Origin: Candidatus Yanofskybacteria bacterium
GTDB lineage: Bacteria > Patescibacteriota > Minisyncoccia > 2-02-FULL-40-12 > IGHO2-12-FULL-4
Assembly (NCBI GenBank): GCA_016185525.1
Contig: JACPNK010000005.1
Location: 92,473-156,472 of the forward strand
Direction: 5' to 3'
Length of the DNA stretch: 64,000 nt
Shown: positions 62,061-64,000 of the stretch, in pieces
Numbering within the stretch: the first letter of the stretch is position 1
How the letters are laid out: each line of letters starts with the position of its first letter
The notes under the pieces: model-generated
Seen by the model: the letters and a program-made list of their open reading frames with translations, nothing else
Database searches by the model: none
Told to the model about the DNA's origin: nothing
Position numbers and translations under genes: made by a program

Positions 62061-62087
62061 AAAAGATGGCCAGTTGCCATCTTTTTG
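62061..62087 (+). terminator. terminator after tRNA-Trp and the structured trailer
   Basis: agatggc-cagtt-gccatct followed by ttttt. Confidence 0.65.
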
Positions 62088-62140
62088 ATTTATGATAGTA
62101 TCATCCCAAATTTGATCTTTGAAAATTAAAGGAGAAAAAA

Positions 62141-64000
62141 ATGGGAAGCCAAAAGGGAGCAAAAATTGGTTTTGCTTCTCGCGTTGACTATGGCTCGTCA
62201 GGTTTCCGCAGTGGACTTGTCAGGGCAGGGTTTGAGATTTTTGTTAAGGAGCAAGTTAACTTTATTGTAATGCCGGGCGGGTTGGTGGCAAAAAAGGCGT
62301 TAACTGAAAAAATGAATGCTTGGATTAAAGAGCGGTTAAGTATTAGAAAGTCTGGCGGGTCTAAAAAAAACAATGGAAGAACTAAATTAGGAAAAAAGAA
62401 AAACGGCAACGGCCTTTCTGCTTCGGAAAAGTTGAGAATAAAAAAAGGAGAACTGCGGGCGGAATTCTTGTCCGGGGTTGCCAAAGAACTCGCCGAACTT
62501 ATTCCGGTAACGACTGTCACGGATCCCGAAGATGCGACCAAGAAAAAAAGTCTGGATTTGTTTATCACAACCAGTCCGGCTTTTGACGGAGAAATCGGAG
62601 AAGATGTGGCCCAATTGTTGGCCGAACTGCGCCCAGATATAAAAGTCTGGAATGTCGGCGGTGATCGTTTTCCGGTTCTTTACGTGGATAAGCTTATCTG
62701 GGCGCTAGCTCCATCCAAAGCAACCTGGATGCGAGGCGACTACTTCAGCACTCCCGTAGAAAGAGTTATTAAGGACAAAATAAAACAAACTTCGCAAAGT
62801 TCACCTGACCGTTTTGTTGTCGGTTGTTTTGGTTCAAGCATCAACAAAACCAAAGGTGAGTTAAAATATGCTTACGTTTCCGTTCCGGCACTTTCACGCT
62901 TAGAAGAAACGCGGGTCAACGAAAACCAGATTGGCGTTTGTGTGCTTGAGTACCCTGCCGATAATAGCGATTCGCTTTGGCGCAATTACAGCTTAAAGGA
63001 CGTGGTTAGTCGGGAGTTAGACTTTATTGTTCCACCGACAGAAACCAGCAGTCTTCAGAAAAAAATGATTGACATCATGAAGACCAGGGGGTGGGCTACT
63101 CCGGGAATATTGAGAAATGCTCTTAAAGATATTCCTTTGGATAAGATTAAGGCTGGAATGGCGGAATTAATGAAGTTAAAAACCTTCAGGCGTATGGGGG
63201 AAAACTGGCCTGGTATTGTTTACAAAGAAAGTGGCAAGAAGTATTACTTTGATCTTGACTTCATCCAACACCGTCTAAAATATGCTTTGCCGAACGGACC
63301 ATTCAAAGAAGATCGTATCGTGTCTTTTTCTTGTCTTCACACCGGTTCCATAGAAACTGACTACGATTTTTTTAGAAACGAACTACCCAAAATTATTCTA
63401 AAACATAACGTAGATATTCTTGTTAATGTCGGCGATCTCATAGAGGGTATGAAGCATTTTTTGGACCGAAAAGGTGAGATTATTGCCGGAATGAATAATT
63501 ATACAATCCAAGAAGAAGCTGCTGCTAATCTGGTGGGTGCTGTCATGGAAGAAGTGTTCAACATTCGTTTTGCCAAGGCTTTAGCGGGAGAAACGGGAGA
63601 AGTAACTCCAGACATAGTTCATTCCATCGTTAAACAGAGTTTGATTGATTTGAAAAACAAACTAGGCAACCATGACCTTTGGCAGATAGATGACGGACAT
63701 ACTCCTTTGCGAGTTTTTGAACTCACTATAGTAAATTATTTAGCCGACAAAATTACAGAAACACTTGCTAAAAAAAAGTTGTCTTGTTCGGACCTACGGG
63801 GAATAGTTGAAAGTAAAATTATCCGTAGTGATCTTTTTGAACTGCCATCGGGCTTGAAAGTTTCCGTTCAGCATCCGCATATGGCTCGGGCCAAAACCAC
63901 TTCTCTGCGTCCGCAGGAAATGCTGGAGTTTGCCAAAAGGCAAGGGTGCCAAGTTGCTATCGGCGGAAATTTCCACGTGAGCGAAAATATTGAAGAGTGG
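62141..64000 (+). CDS. large multidomain protein, 3'-truncated by the window end; C-terminal half carries calcineurin-like metallophosphoesterase motifs
   Basis: Strong RBS aaaggagaaaaaaATG. Open frame runs to the window end (>619 aa). It is not in the ORF track, presumably because there is no stop in the window. Motifs CLHTGS..., VGDLIEG, GNHDLW, GGNFHVSE. Confidence 0.5.
   Translation, partial: MGSQKGAKIGFASRVDYGSSGFRSGLVRAGFEIFVKEQVNFIVMPGGLVAKKALTEKMNAWIKERLSIRKSGGSKKNNGRTKLGKKKNGNGLSASEKLRIKKGELRAEFLSGVAKELAELIPVTTVTDPEDATKKKSLDLFITTSPAFDGEIGEDVAQLLAELRPDIKVWNVGGDRFPVLYVDKLIWALAPSKATWMRGDYFSTPVERVIKDKIKQTSQSSPDRFVVGCFGSSINKTKGELKYAYVSVPALSRLEETRVNENQIGVCVLEYPADNSDSLWRNYSLKDVVSRELDFIVPPTETSSLQKKMIDIMKTRGWATPGILRNALKDIPLDKIKAGMAELMKLKTFRRMGENWPGIVYKESGKKYYFDLDFIQHRLKYALPNGPFKEDRIVSFSCLHTGSIETDYDFFRNELPKIILKHNVDILVNVGDLIEGMKHFLDRKGEIIAGMNNYTIQEEAAANLVGAVMEEVFNIRFAKALAGETGEVTPDIVHSIVKQSLIDLKNKLGNHDLWQIDDGHTPLRVFELTIVNYLADKITETLAKKKLSCSDLRGIVESKIIRSDLFELPSGLKVSVQHPHMARAKTTSLRPQEMLEFAKRQGCQVAIGGNFHVSENIEEW

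Noticed and set aside
61875-62129. 84-aa and 67-aa plus-strand ORFs after rpmG
   Set aside because: They overlap tRNA-Trp and the GC-rich stem-loops. No RBS. More parsimoniously a non-coding structured region.

Overview
This is a moderately AT-rich window that looks like a small-genome bacterium, possibly a CPR/Patescibacteria-like or reduced Firmicutes-like organism. It is densely packed with housekeeping genes. Recognisable calls by eye: polA, holA, recG, infB (short form), rbfA, PBP1A, ligA, prfA (short form), rpmE, rpsB, tsf, rplY, rpmG, tsaE, sodA, trxB, glutaredoxin, rpiB, rpe, fba, and a PfkB-family kinase. Nine tRNAs are called by hand: Leu-TAA, Ser-TGA, Ser-CGA, Ser-GCT, Thr-CGT, Thr-TGT, Tyr-GTA, Thr-GGT and Trp-CCA. 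A contiguous type IV pilus/competence locus runs from comFC through pilMNO, pilB, pilT, pilC, the major pilin, pilD and four minor pilins. There is a PrkA / YeaH(DUF444) / SpoVR / PrkA cassette, three type II toxin-antitoxin pairs (two RelE/ParE and one HicBA), and two free-standing homing-type endonucleases (LAGLIDADG; HNH inside a tRNA cluster). Two visibly GC-richer islets are present (1.5-2.7 kb and 20.4-20.9 kb). The window is unusually rich in structured non-coding repeats: two diverged copies of a long palindromic intergenic element; a conserved ~68-bp element downstream of two tRNA genes with tRNA 3'-end duplications; a recurring 13-bp palindrome GAGGACWGTCCTC; two covarying hairpins that sequester the Shine-Dalgarno/start of pilD and its neighbour; and an in-frame palindromic insertion in recG. 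At the 3' edge, a large metallophosphoesterase-motif protein sits where secE/nusG would be expected after rpmG-tRNA-Trp. No rRNA or CRISPR array was seen. All calls are by eye from the sequence and the ORF track; no database searches were run.
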